DNA of 64,000 nt from Octopus sinensis (taxonomy: Eukaryota): NCBI RefSeq assembly GCF_006345805.1, contig NC_043006.1, forward strand, positions 37,758,001-37,822,000, in the 5' to 3' direction. Below are positions 1 through 12,699 of the stretch, piece after piece (positions within the stretch are counted from its first letter, which is position 1; the number at the start of each line of letters is the position of its first letter). Below the pieces are notes generated by a model that saw nothing but the letters and a program-made list of their open reading frames with translations, was not told where the DNA came from and made no database searches. Both the position numbers and the translations under genes were made by a program.

Positions 1-460
1 CACACTCTCATACACACACAAAGAAACACAAAGATATACATACAAAGATGCACACATATACACACTTTCATAAACACACAAAGATACACACACGCTCATA
101 CATACACAAAGACACACAAAGATATACACATATACACACATATACACTTTCATACACACACACATATATATATATATACACAAACTCACACACACTAAGA
201 TATATACACACATACACACTTTCATACACACAAACATATACACACATACACACGCTTCATACACACACAAAGATATACGCACATACAAACTTTCATACAC
301 ACACACACAGATATACGCACATACAAACTTTCATACACACACAGATACACACACAGAGATATACACACATACACACTTTCATACACATACAAAGACATAC
401 AAACATGTACACACATACACACTTTCATACACACACACACATACATACTCTATACGCATA
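1..460. repeat. Compound (CA)/(TA) microsatellite-derived minisatellite
   Basis: Recurring CACACTTTCATACACAC and AAAGATATACAC units; the His/Thr/Tyr ORFs here are by-products. Confidence 0.9.
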
Positions 461-497
461 GTGTAACACAATCAAAACACTCAAACATTATTATGCA

Positions 498-690
498 ACT
501 TTTGTTCTTTTACTTGTTTCGGGCATTGGACTGCGACCATACTGGGACAGTACCTTGAAGGATTTAGTCAAATGAATCAACACTAATACTTCCTGATATA
601 ATGTGTCTGGGACACATTCAATCGATTTCTTTTTGCTGAAACACTAAGTTACATCAACCACAGACACACATACACAAACATACAGTGTGT
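498..690 (-). mobile_element. SINE family 1, 3' part
   Basis: Reverse complement of the family-1 tail (CATGGCCGCAGTCAAATGACTGAAACAAGTAAAAG) seen in full copies such as 26868-27260. Confidence 0.75.
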
Positions 691-711
691 GTAAGTGTAT
701 GTACACACACA

Positions 712-1085
712 TCATCATCATCATCATTATCGTTTAACATCCGCTTTCCATGCTGGCATGGGTTGGACGGTTTGATTGAGGGCTGGCAAGCCAGGAGGCT
801 GCACTAGGCTCCAATCCAATCTGGCAAAGTTTCTACAAATGGATACCCTTCCTAACGCCAACAACTCTGAGAGTGTAGTGGATGCTTTTTACGTGCCACC
901 GGCACGAGGGCCAGTCAGGCGGTACTAGCATCAACCACGTTTGAATGGTGCTTTTTATGTGCCACTGCCACTGGAGCCAGTCAGGCAGCGCTGGCATCGA
1001 CCATGCTTGAATGGTGCTTTTTACATGCCACCGGCACAGGACCAGTCAGGTGGCACTGGCATTGACCATGCTCGAATGGTGCTTT
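712..1085 (-). mobile_element. RTE LINE 3' end, 5'-truncated copy
   Basis: Reverse complement of the RTE terminus at about 20440-20611 ending in (GAT)n. Similar tails at about 2985, 17055, 18610, 25168, 33990, 34790, 36790, 37430, 40220, 42010, 49880 and 63685. Confidence 0.85.
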
Positions 1086-1511
1086 AATTAAAATTCAATG
1101 GCCACTTTTATCCCTTAATGGGGTTATTTTAACCTCTAATTAAATTGAATTATATATATATATGAGTGTGTGTGTTTGTTCTTCAACTACTTGATAACTG
1201 TTGTTGGTTTATTTGCATTCCTGTAACGACCAAGAAAATAAGTACCAGGCTTTAATTAGCAAAAACAAGTACTGGGGTTGACTTGTTCAACTAAAACCTT
1301 TCAAGGTGGTGCCATAGCAAGGCCACACTCTGAGGACTGAAACAAGTAAAAGATAAAAAATAGCTGGTTTGCTTGATTGAGACTGATTTGATGAGGGGGC
1401 GGGGGAGGGGGAGGAACTAAACAACAAAGAGAGAGGGAAAGAACATTGTCACTTACATAGCAATATGAATATCCAGCAGGACTTGGCACAGCGTTAAAAA
1501 CAGAGAGTTAA

Positions 1512-1739
1512 GGCAGAGAGCAGGTCTGTTGTATAATTTGGTTTTGTGCAATTTACGGAAAGGTGTGCCTTTCAGTTGGAGAATTGAAAAGGCATGTCAA
1601 AAGACTTCATACTGTGGCACCTGTTCCCTCTGTCAGACAGCACAGCTGTGCATTATGCAATAGAATGTGCAAATCTTTGGCCAGGCTCAAGAATCATACA
1701 AGGGCCTTACATTTTATCATCAATGACCCATTTCAATGA
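1512..1739 (+). pseudogene. Two degenerate C2H2 zinc fingers, probably the C-terminus of a LINE ORF2
   Basis: Reads CAIYGKVCLSVGELKRHVKRLH and CALCNRMCKSLARLKNHTRALH; no TGEKP linker, no start codon, second Cys of finger 1 lost. Confidence 0.55.
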
Positions 1740-1805
1740 TTCTTTCTAGCAATGGCTTTGCTCGTATATGAGAAAGTAGCTAGCTATATACATACATGCA
1801 TATTA

Positions 1806-2670
1806 AAAATAGAAATATTACATTTCTAAATCTCTCAAAGAGAGATATGCAGTAACAGCACAATAAAGTGATGGATGGTTGCCAACATAATGTGGCAGTC
1901 CCAGGAAAGGGAGGAATATTACTGTTATTTACTCCCAAGAAACATTGCTTCTAGCTGGCTATGCAACACACATTCTGCACTTTCACCCAGCAAAACCCAG
2001 CAACCACAGACTAGTTTCAGTGTTATTGCTCTTTATTAGCATGGAGTAGTTTGGCTTTGCCAACATAATGTGGCAGTCCCAGGAAAGGGTGGAATGTTAC
2101 TGTTATTTAACCCCAAGAAACATTGCTTCTAGCTGGCTATGCAACACACATTCTGCACCTCCACCCAGCAACCACAGACGAGTTTCAGTGTTATTGCTCT
2201 TTATTAGCATGGAGTAGCTTGGCTTTGCCAACATAATGAGGCAGTCCCAGGAAAGGGTGAAATGTTACTGTTATTTAGCCCCAAGAAACATTGTTTCTAG
2301 CTGGCTATGCGACACAAACATTCTGTGTACTTATGTCTTTGAACAGGGGAGATTAGCACCTCCACCCAGCAAAACTCAGCATCCATGGACTAGTTTCAGG
2401 GTTATTGCCCTTTATCAGCATGGAGGAGCTTGGCTTTGCTAGATGTCACTGCTAATCCGCTGTTGTAAGCTAATAGAATTCAAAGTGAAAAACATTCACT
2501 GATCTACAAAAATAAAAATATTACATTTCTAAATCTCTCAAAGGGAGGTATACAGTAACAGCATGATAAAATGATGGCGTGTTGCCAACATAATGTGGCA
2601 GTCCCAGGAAAGGGAGGAATGTTACTGTTATTCGGTCCCAAGAAACATCATTTCTAGCTGGCTATGCATT
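1806..2670. repeat. Nested tandem repeat (about 170-bp units within an about 704-bp outer repeat)
   Basis: TTGCCAACATAATG(T/A)GGCAGTCCCAGGAAAGGG at 1879, 2057, 2225 and 2582; segment 1806-1880 recurs at about 2510. Confidence 0.9.
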
Positions 2671-3229
2671 CGGTGTCCTTATGTTTTCAAATATATTATT
2701 GTCTCTGGGGAGAGTCCTTCTGCTCTAATGCCTTATTATTTAACACACTCACCGGTTCAATTCCCACTCATTTATTTATTTTTTCTATAATTTTCATTGC
2801 ATCGTGCAACCTCTTCAAAAGCTGTTAAATACACATACATACACACACATATATATACATACACATATATATAAGCTCACATATACACACATATATACAC
2901 ATACAAACACATATAAACACACACACACACATAAAAACATGCATACACACACACATATATACATACATATATATATACATATCATCACCACCACCATCAT
3001 CATTTAACATCTGCCTTCCTAGCTGGCATAGGGTGAATGGTTTGACAGGAGCTGGCAAGCTGCACCAAGCACCAATTGTCTGTTTTGGCACGGTTTCTCT
3101 TGTTTGACGCCCTTTCTGATGCCAACCACTTTACAGAGTGTATTGGCTGCTTTTTATGTGGCACCAGCACCAGTAGGATACCTAGTAGCTTGCAAGACAA
3201 AGACACACACGTGTATGTGTGTGTGTATG

Positions 3230-3418
3230 TATCCTTGTTGTGATGTCTCACGATGATTGTAAATGAGCATCACTGTCATACAAGAGGTGTAGTTCCTGTC
3301 CAATCTTCAGTGAAAACAGGTAAAATGTTGGTGACAGGAAGGGCATCCAACTACATAAAATTTGCCAAAATGAATTCTGTCTGACCCATGTAAAAGTATA
3401 GAAAAGTTGACATTAATG
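3230..3418 (+). mobile_element. Dispersed non-autonomous repeat with RTE-like tail
   Basis: GTAAATGAGCATCACTGTCATACAAG...GACAGGAAGGGCATCC...CTGACCCATG; related copies at about 16420(-), 31470, 37810(-), 42540(+), 53260(+) and 56040(-). Confidence 0.65.
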
Positions 3419-3797
3419 TAACCCACATGCATTTTTCTCCTTGTCTCTCTTTGTTTCTTTGTTATCTCCTTTCGTCTCTTTCCCATCTTTCCCAGAACTT
3501 TGCTCTAGTATCGAAACAAAGACTATGCTTGAAATGTGATATTTTTACTCTATAATTTCTTCCCCTTATTTGGGCATCAACTTTATAACATTATCTTTGA
3601 ATGCCCCTCAGACTTTTATAGCTGTTTTCTATTTCATTTCTTTTTGTAATTGTTTTGTTAGAGATAATGGCACGAAACTGTGATGATTTCTGGATAAGTG
3701 ATGAGGGTTGAGCACGTCCACATCATCTGTGTTCCTTCATTGTTTTTTCATGCAATTGTTTAATCTCTCTTTCTCTCCCTCTCTCTTTTCTGTGTAT

Positions 3798-4293
3798 GAG
3801 AAAGATAAACCTCTTTACTAGGCCTTTGCTGACTTGGAGAAAATCTTTGACAGGGTCCCCCAATCCCTTATCTGGTGGTCGATACTGAAACTAGGGATAG
3901 ATGAGTTGATGAGACCTGTACAAGCTTTGTACAGGGATGCTACCAGTAAGGTGATGGTTCGCAATGAGAACAGCGAAGAATTCAGGGTACAAGTAGGGGT
4001 TCACCAAGGTTCGGTGCTCAGCCCCCTCTTCATCATAGTCCTCTAGGCAATAACAGAGGAATTCAAGACAGGCTGCTCCTGGGAGCTCCTCTATGCTGAT
4101 GACCTTGTTCTTATAGCTGAATTACTATCTTAACTAGAGAAGTTCTAGGTATGGAAGCAAGGTCTAGAATCAAAAGGCCTTAGAGTTAACCTAGCGAAAA
4201 CCAAAGTCTTAATAAGTAGGAAGGCAGAGAAATCACAAATCCATTCAAGTAGATGGGCCTGTTCGATCTGTAGAAATGTTGTAGGTAGAAACT
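3798..4293 (+). mobile_element. RTE-clade LINE ORF2, reverse transcriptase fragment (5' half of a split copy)
   Basis: AFADLEKIFDRVP, GVHQGSVLSPL, LLYADDL (YADD at 4092-4103), LRVNLAKTKVL, ending RWACSICRNVVGRN; stops and frameshifts. Confidence 0.95.
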
Positions 4294-4439
4294 GAAAGAC
4301 AGAGAGATGAAGAATCCATAAATCTGGGACCCGTATTGCTATTTGTTTTCTTTACTGTTCTACTGTCACCAAAGTTCTGTGCCCTTGTGGCTAATAAAAA
4401 AAAAACTATCATCATCTTTGTTTTCATTATTGCTGTCGT

Positions 4440-5177
4440 TGATGTTATCATCATCATCATCATCATCATTATATTGAATATGATGATGTGAGAAATCGAT
4501 ATTTTTTTAATGTAAGAAACAATTATAATTGTTATTAATATTGATATTAGTTAATTGTTATCGCTTGTTGTAAGAATTATTATCGTTATTACAATTATTA
4601 TTATCATCATAATTATTATTATTATTATCATTACTGTTATGTGATGTTGGTGGTGATGGTGATGGTGGTGGTGGTGATGGTGGTGGAGGTGGTGGTGCTG
4701 GTGGTGGTGGTGGTGATGGTGGTGGTGGTGGTGGTGGTAAAGGCGATAATGTGACATTAATGAAACGGAATTGAGCCACTCCATTAAGTGAAAACTTTCA
4801 AAAACCAATTCATTCTATTATTGAAGGAAGAAGTAGGAGAGAGGGGGAGGGAAGGAGGGAAAGCAGGAGGTGGGGGCGGAGGAGGCATGGTGGTGAAGAT
4901 GGAGAGGGAGGTGAGAGTAATGAGGAAGTAGGGAGGCGGTGGGTGGGTGGGTGGGTGTGGGGGGTTGTAAAGAAGATGTAGCTACAGGCTGGATTTATGA
5001 TGAGAAGACAGAGAAGGAGATGGAGGAGAGTGTGGGACAATTATTAGGGATATTGGCATGATGATGATGATGATGATATATTGTGGACAATTATAACTAA
5101 GATAATGATGATGATGATGATGATGATGATGACAATGATCAGAAGAATGAATAAGATAACAGTGATAATATAAACAT

Positions 5178-5220
<43 letters not shown>

Positions 5221-5260
5221 AATAACTGAAATTATATCAGTTGCCATGATTATCATAGAT
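4440..5260. repeat. Low-complexity trinucleotide tracts (ATT, GGT, GAT, GA-rich)
   Basis: Direct inspection. Confidence 0.9.
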
Positions 5261-5279
5261 TAATATTATCGTTATTATT

Positions 5280-5665
5280 AAGAATCGTTAGCACACTGGG
5301 TAGAACGCTTAGCAGTATTTCGCCCGTCGCTGTGTTCTGATTTCAAATTCCACCGAGGTCAACTTTGCCTATCATCCTTTCGAGGTCGATAAATTAAGTA
5401 TCAGTTATGCACTGGGGTCGATGTAATCGACTTAATACCTATGTCTGTCTTTGTTTGTCCCCTCTATGTTTAGCCCCTTGTGGGTAGTAAAGAAATAGGT
5501 ATTTCGTCTGCCGTTACGTTCTAAGTTCAGATTCCACTGAGGTTGACTTTGCCTTTCATCCTTTCGGGGTCGATAAATTAAGGACCAGTGAGAAAACTGG
5601 GTTTGATGTAATCAACACGTACCCTCCCCCACAATTTCAGGCCTTGTGTTTTTAGTAGGAAGGGT
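5280..5665 (+). mobile_element. SINE family 2 with internal duplication
   Basis: B-box-like (T/G)TTCAAATTCC, then GTCGACTTTGCCTTTCATCCTTTCGGGGTCGATAAATTAAGTACCAG twice, (ATT)n tail; this core resembles the Nin/Deu-type SINE domain as I recall it. Confidence 0.8.
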
Positions 5666-5687
5666 TATTATTATTATTATTATTTGT

Positions 5688-6004
5688 GAAGGTGCATGGC
5701 TTAGTGGTTAGGACATTCGGCTCACGATTATAAGGTCATGAGTTCAATTCCTGGTGATGCGTTGTGTCCTTGAGCAAGACACTCTATTTCACATTGCTCC
5801 AGTCCACTCAGCTGGTAAAAACGAGTTGTACCTGTATTTCAAAGGGTCAGCCTCATCACACTCTGTATCATGCTGAATCTTCCTGAGAACTACGTTAAGG
5901 GTACATGTGTCTGTGGATTGCTCAGTCACTTGCATGTTAAATTCACGAGCAAGCTGTTCTGTTGATCGTATCAGCTGGGACCCTCGTCATTGTAACCAAT
6001 GGAG
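5688..6004 (+). mobile_element. SINE family 3, near full length
   Basis: A box TGGCTTAGTGG, B box GAGTTCAATTCC, CORE-like CCTTGAGCAAGACAC; homolog at about 54005-54320. Confidence 0.85.
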
Positions 6005-6251
6005 AGCTCCTATTATTATTTACAATTTTCATTGTTGTTGCTTTTGAAGCTGTTTCAAGTCTCACCTAGAGACTTCAAGTAACAGCGGGCTGGATGTTTT
6101 ACTATGAGCGTTATTTAAGATTAGCAATGATGTATTGCTGGAAAAGGAGCACAAAGTCCGAAAAGTCAAGATTTTGTTAAAAGTTTGTTTATATATTTAC
6201 AATTTTGAAAGGGTTTATCATCATCATCATCATCATTATTATTATTATTGC

Positions 6252-6685
6252 ACGAGAGAGCAGGGCATGCCATCAAAGTGACACTGGGGTACAAATATAT
6301 GTAGCCCAGTATACCCATCATGACTACCCATTTGATAAGGGTACACCAGGCACATGCATCACAACCATATGTGTGTGACACAGTGATCTCATAACAAGAT
6401 TAACAATGCATGACCTTGCAGTTAGTATTTTCTTCAAGTTGAGTAGCCCATCCCATTCAAAAGGTCCCTGAGTAAAGGTGGTTTAAGGATGTTGAATGAA
6501 ACATCAATGTTTCCAAAGGGGAATTATCCAAACCCCAAAGAATTTCTCTCAACACATGGCTATGATGCTTCTCCAGTATGGCTATGATGCTCCTCCAGCA
6601 TGGCCACGATGCTCCCCCAGCATGGCTATGATGCTCCCCAGCATGGCTACAAGGCTCCCCCAGCATGGCTATGGTGCTCTCCCAT
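6252..6685 (-). mobile_element. 3' UTR fragment of the R4/Dong-like LINE plus a 22-bp tandem expansion
   Basis: Matches 10868-11135; flanked by (ATT)n; six CATGGCTATGATGCTCCCC-type units at 6554-6683. Confidence 0.7.
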
Positions 6686-6925
6686 TATTATTATAATTAT
6701 TATTATTATTATTATTATTATTATACTTCCGGTTGGAACGCTAGACTGTTGGAAGCTTGACATGTATTTTTGTTATCAAAACTACAGTTTTCATTGATTT
6801 TATTGTTTAAAAGGGAGTATTAGACAATAGTCTTCATCCTCAGAAAAAAGAATTAAATTATATTTGGGCCTTGTGCCCAAATATTAGTATTTGCAAAATG
6901 TTTACATGTTTGCAATCAAAAAATG

Positions 6926-8550
6926 GCATGGTGGGGTGTAACTTTCTAACGCAAAACAAACCAATTTGTGACAGCAGGAAAAGTCATGGAAATGTAATTT
7001 TCACCGACACAAGTAATAATTTCGAGGACAAAATTGATAATGAATCCAAAAGCACCACAGACCCTATGGACAGTGATAAAATTAACTGCAAAGAACAAAG
7101 AAGTAATACGATAGAGCAAAGAGACACAACGGAGAACACACAATCACTTGATAGTCGTATAGACAACAAAAATGTAACTACCAACTCCACAAACAGAAAT
7201 AATGTGGAAAATACCATGATAACTGATATCAACACATAAAATAACAACTTCAACAAAAACATTGATGAGAACACAACCAGTACTAATGTCAACACCAGCA
7301 ACAGAGAGGTGGGTGTATTTGGAAGTAACAATGTGAACAATTACACCACCACCATCACCAGTGAGAGCGGAACAAGTACTTTTACAGCAGTACCTACGAA
7401 ATGCCAGCAAAAGTACTATGAGATAGATATCTTCAACAAAAAAGATGTTAGGCCAGGACCACAAACACATGAAAAGAAAAAAACCTGGGCTAACCTTGCA
7501 GTCCCAGTCGAAATGGAGGCAGAAATTGTGAGTAGGACAGTAAAGTATAGGTGCATCTCGGTGCAGTCTCGGAGAGTAGAACAACCCTCTCACCTTAAAG
7601 TGGAGATGGCACTGAGATGAATCAGAGAGCATGTTGAATTCATTCAAAGGGCCTGAAGTTTTGGAACCATCTCGGTACTTTTCAGAACAGAAGAGCTGGC
7701 CATGAAGCATTCAGTAGGACCCTGTAAAACTGAGCAGTTCATAATGTACCCATCCTACAATAGAAGTTTGAATCTTCAGAATAACAGTAGGTATCAACAT
7801 ATGGTGGCTCAATGGATGCGTGATCATGGAGGGCAGTGACACCCTCCTCCTAAAAGTCCAGTGGACACAAAGACAAGACTGGGCTGGGATGGATTTGGAA
7901 ATGCTAATCTGAATAAGACCACAAGACTTGGAGAACATCCTAACTCATGTCCACTTCAAGGATGGGATGAAATTACCCATGATCACCGAGGGCAGAAGGC
8001 CTCATTACTTTGCTTGTGGAGAAGCAACACACCTACAAGCACTCTGCCCTCAGCGAATAAGTACAGGGGTCCATAGACCTCCATTGACACCAACACCAAG
8101 ACTGGGAAAACAAAAAACAGCACATGCTGTAGAAAGATCATCACCAACAACAGGGAAAGCAGCAAAAATAGTAACAGTAGTGGTCGTGGTAATAACAGCA
8201 CCAGCAGGAAAACCATTGGAGAGGTCAACTACGTAAACCATCACTTTGCAACCAAGCTCAACATCATCTCTCTCAAACAAACATGCAGAAAAAGATACAC
8301 ATACAAAAACAAATTCACTTCCACACAGAGAGAAGGAGGTTGCAAGAGACACTGGTTCTACCACATTGAAAAGTGATGATGAGGAGGAAAAACAGAGTAA
8401 ATCCAAAAATCCAAAAGGAAGTCACAGAGGTGAGACATCTTGTCCTGCACCAAAACAAGATAATAAAGAAACTACAGATTCACCCAAAACAAATGCAGAT
8501 ACTCAGACAATTCCTGCAGCACCACAAACACCAAAAACCCACTGCTGACA
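6926..8550 (+). mobile_element. L1/Tx1-clade LINE ORF1, disrupted
   Basis: Asn/Thr-rich N-terminus, CCHC knuckle FACGEATHLQALCP (about 8010-8050), low-complexity basic C-terminus, directly upstream of an APE ORF. Confidence 0.8.
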
Positions 8551-8778
8551 GGAAAAAATCCCCAAAGGAAACTCACACTACAAGTGCAACAAGAACAACA
8601 ATGTGGGTTGCTAACTTTGTGTTAGTAAGGTGGGCCAACAAAGAACTGATGGCCCTTTTATAATGAAGGGAAGACATTGAAAATAGGTGGGGGGGACATC
8701 TTTTACAAAGGAGCCCAATGAAGAAATGGAGTGTAAGTAGCATCCTCATCTTTCTTTCCTTCCTTTTAAGCCAATATT

Positions 8779-9775
8779 GTGGTGCTAAGAGTAAGTCGCA
8801 TAAATGTACGAAGCCTAAGGTCATCCTGGAAGCAAAGTAGCTTGCTCAATGATCTCAGATTGCTGAAATTGGATGTAATAGCCATCAGTGAGACCAGGGT
8901 CATGGGTACATGCACCTCAGTGCCCATTTTTGATGATTTTGAGATCTTTGCATCTCTGAGTCAAGCCTGGATCTCGAGATACAGTCAGTCTTCCTGGACC
9001 CAGAAAGTAAGTTGGTGGTCCTAGATAATGAAAGTAGTGCTTTTAAATGGTTGCTGTATATGCTCCAACTGGATCTGGGCGACTGAATTTCTTCAGATGC
9101 TTGGAGGTCTTTCAAGGGATATCTCACTCTTTAGTGTTAGTGGAGGACTGGAATATCATCTTGGATGCACATGTGGATTGGGTGGGGGCTAGCGGATAGA
9201 AAAGTGGGGTGCACAAGCCTCACGAACCAGCTCAATCATTTCAGACTGGATTACCTGGACGCCCCAGTGTGGACAAGAGCAAACAGCATTGGGTCAGCCA
9301 GATCTTATCTCAACAGGTATTTTGTAGGCCAACAGATAGGGGAAGCATAGGTTGTCTACAATTCAAACTTATCAGCTATACAGACCACAAATTTGTGATC
9401 TGTACAGTTGACTCAGATAGGCTTCATAGGCAGGGTCCTGGATACTGAAAGCTGAAAGTGTCCTTCTTGCACATTAAGCTTTCAGAGACCGACTTAGGAA
9501 GTTAGTCCATTGAAAGTTGCGACATCCAGCGATACCTTAATGGTAAGCAGGTTTGGTTACTGTTTGTTGGATGTGCTTTTCTGCAGCTCATCTCCTTGAT
9601 GGAGCTACAGCCCTGGATCAGGCATAAACAGAGGCAGTATCTCCAAGCCCTCACAGCCCTTGGCCAGTTGGGCAATGCAGTTGGAGGAAGTTCCACCTTG
9701 GAGTTGTTTAGAGGATTAGTGGAGGACAAGAGTGACAACATTCTCAGAGAGGTTCTGGGCATCGGGCAGGATCCT
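8779..9775 (+). mobile_element. L1/Tx1-clade LINE ORF2, APE endonuclease and linker, disrupted
   Basis: INVRSL..., DVIAISETR, VAVYAPTG, DWNIILD, SARSYL, YTDHKFV, GPGYWKL. Confidence 0.9.
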
Positions 9776-9799
9776 TTAACAGAAAGGATTATTATTATT

Positions 9800-10800
9800 A
9801 TTATTATTAAGGAGGCAAGGTGGCTGAAGAATTAACACACTGGACAAAATGTTTAGCGACATTTTGTTTGTTTTTATTTTCTGAGTTTAAATTCCATCAA
9901 AGTGGACTTTACCCTTCATCCTTCTGGGGCCAATAAAAACAAATACCAGTTCACAACTGGGGTTGATCCAATTGACTTAACTCCTATCCAAAATTGCTTA
10001 ACTTGTGCCAAAATTTTAAACCATTGTTATTATTGTAATTGTTGTAAGGCAGGGAGCTGGCAAGCATGCTGGGCGAAATGCTTAGCAGTATTTCGTCTGT
10101 CTTTACGTTCTGAGTTCAAATTCCACCGAGGTCGACTTTGCCTTTCACTCTTTCAGGGTCGATAAATTAAGTACCAGTTGTGTACTGGGGTTGATCTAAT
10201 CAACTACACCCCATCCTCAAAAATTTGGGGCCTTGTACCTAGAGTAGAAAGGATTATTGTTGTTATTGTTGTCATTAAGGCAACAAGCTGGCAGAAGTTC
10301 TTCTTGCTTTATGCTCTGAGATCAAATAATCCTTTCTACTAAAGGCACAAGGTCTGAAATTTTGAGGGGAAGGGATAAGTAGATTACATCGACCCCAGTG
10401 TGTAACTGGTACTTAATTTATCGACCCCAAAAGGATGAAAGTCAAAGTCGACCTTGGCAGAATTTGAACTCAGAAGGTAGTGATGGGCGAAATGCTGCTA
10501 AGCATTTTGCCCAGCATGCTAACGATTCTGTCAGCTCACTGCTTTATTAGAACTAAATAATATTCCTTTCTACTAAAGATACAATGCCTGAAATTTTATG
10601 GGGAGGGGACCAGTTGATTACATCGACCCCAGTGTTTCACTGGTACTTAATTTATCAACTCTGAAAGGATGAAAGGCAAAGTCGACCCCTGAAATCAAAT
10701 AATGCCGAGGTTAACTTTGCCCTTAATCCTTTTGGAGTTGATAAAATAAAACATCAGTTGAGCAAGGAGGTCAATAAAATCAACCATCCTCCTCCTCTCA
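9800..10800. mobile_element. Cluster of SINE family 2 copies in both orientations
   Basis: Plus copies at about 9810 and 10044-10260, minus copies at about 10330-10550 and 10560-10690, plus remnant at about 10695. Confidence 0.8.
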
Positions 10801-10827
10801 AGCCAAAAGTGGAAAGGATTATTATTA

Positions 10828-10867
<40 letters not shown>

Positions 10868-10868
<1 letters not shown>

Positions 10869-11393
10869 GAGTGAGAGAGCAGCACACACAACCAAAGTGA
10901 TGCAGGGGTACAAATATACGATGCCCAAAATACTCATCATAGCTATCCATCTGATAAGAGTACACCAGGTACATGCACCACAACCATACGTGCGCAACAT
11001 GGTGATCTCATATCAAGATAAACAACACATGACCTAGCAGATATGGCTCAGTTAGAATTTTCTTTAGGTCATGTAGCCCATCCTGCTTAAAAGGTCCCTG
11101 AATAAGGGATGTTTAAGGATGATAATGAAATACCTATGTCTGAAAATCATAGTCCCAGAGTATCGTTACTTTTCCATCCTCCTACATAACTTTACATGGT
11201 ACATGCTCATACCAGTTCTCTGTTATTTCATATTGGTATTTACGGCATAAGTGCCAATGAAGATACACACACACTTTATTGTGGCAGCACTTATATTCTT
11301 TTTGTGCAAGGCTTTCACATCTACTTACCCAGTGGATCACATTTTCCACACTCTTTCCACAGATTCTACATTTCTGGGTGTCAGAAGTTTTAT
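10868..11393 (-). mobile_element. R4/Dong-like (RLE-type) non-LTR retrotransposon 3' fragment with internal deletion
   Basis: CRICGKSVENVIHWVSRC...HNKVCVYLHWHLCRKY...WYEHVPCKVM*EDGKVTILWDYDF, then 3' UTR; (AAT)n on both flanks, consistent with TAA-repeat targeting by Dong elements. Confidence 0.8.
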
Positions 11394-11613
11394 TATTATT
11401 ATTATTACTATTATGTTTTTTCCTTCTTTCTTCAAATTTTCTTTCGTTTCTTGCTGAGTGTTTTCCATACACCTAGGGCAGAGAAGCTCATTGTATGCAT
11501 TCCCAGATTACATGCGCAAATTCACAGATAAAATATGTATTTAAAAATTAATAAATAAATTCATGGATGGATGTTGTTTTCACAGCGATAATATTCTTCT
11601 CAGTACATGAGCC

Positions 11614-11654
<41 letters not shown>

Positions 11655-11894
11655 TGTTGTTGTTGTTGTTGTTGTTGTTATTATTATCATTATCATTAAG
11701 GGAAATGGCTTAACAAGATGGTTATAGCATCAGTCAAAATGCTTTTTGGTATTTGTTTTGGCTCTTTGCACTCTTGCTTTCCATCATCAAGGGGTAGGAT
11801 GGGATGGCATAAAATAAAATACAAATAAAGTATTGGGGTGGATTTAATTGACTAATACCACCCCCCATCTCAGTCATGAAAATATCTGAACTTG

Positions 11895-12240
11895 TGCCTA
11901 TTCTAAAAAAGGAAATATTTTGCTATTTTATATTTAGTCAGCAAGATTCTTGATATGAATTCATGTGCTGAAACATATTTTGGGAAGGTCATTGTGTCAA
12001 CAATAAATACATGCATTGGTTCTATTCATTTCATTTTATATATTTGTTGATTGGTTGACTATTTTACCAATTAAGTAATTGACTTTGGTTAATCATTTGG
12101 TAAATCAGTTATGTTTGTCAAAGACCTTTTGTCACCATTCATGTTCTCGTCAATGACATATCCTCTCTCCAGGTCAGTTTCATGTTATGATTGATTGATT
12201 AACTGAATAATTAATCAAACGATCAATTAGCTGATTCTTT
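11895..12240. repeat. Old unclassified dispersed repeat
   Basis: Reverse complement aligns by eye with about 29790-30010 (AATAGA(A/G)CCA(A/G)TGCATGT; ATCAAGAATCTTGC). Confidence 0.6.
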
Positions 12241-12595
12241 TATCTTTCACCTGTTTCAGTAATTCAACTGTGGCGATGACTGAAGGAATTTTAGTCGAAT
12301 ATATCAATCCCGTAATTTTGTTTTTTTAGCCTAGTACCTGTTCTTTTGCTGAACTGCTAAGTTACAGGGATGTAAACACACCAACACCAGTTCTCAAGTG
12401 GTGGTGGTGGGGGAACAAACATAGATACAAAGACACAGCCATACATACAATGGACTTCTTTCAGTTTCCATCTATCAAATCAACTTACAAGGCTTTGTAG
12501 AAGACACTTGCGCAAGGTGCTATGCAGTGGGACTGAACCCAGAACCATGTGGTAGGAAAGCAAACTTCTTAACACAAAGCCATTCCTGCATCTAA
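12235..12595 (-). mobile_element. SINE family 1
   Basis: Head and tail motifs match the full copies. Confidence 0.85.
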
Positions 12596-12699
12596 ATATT
12601 TAACCAATTCATTTTACAGTTGGTTTAATAATTAACAAATTGAAGAATAATGAAATGAACTAGAATCAGTATATGTCATTATCATTGTCGTTATGGTTC

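Noticed and set aside
48-461. 137-aa His/Thr/Tyr ORF and similar ORFs at 2804, 37993, 40995 and elsewhere
   Set aside because: Translations of (CA)/(TA) microsatellites, which lack stops in several frames
1806-2670. CRISPR-like repeat array
   Set aside because: Eukaryotic context; intervening sequences are themselves repeats, not unique spacers
7144-7710. 188-aa minus-strand ORF
   Set aside because: Antisense to Tx1 ORF1
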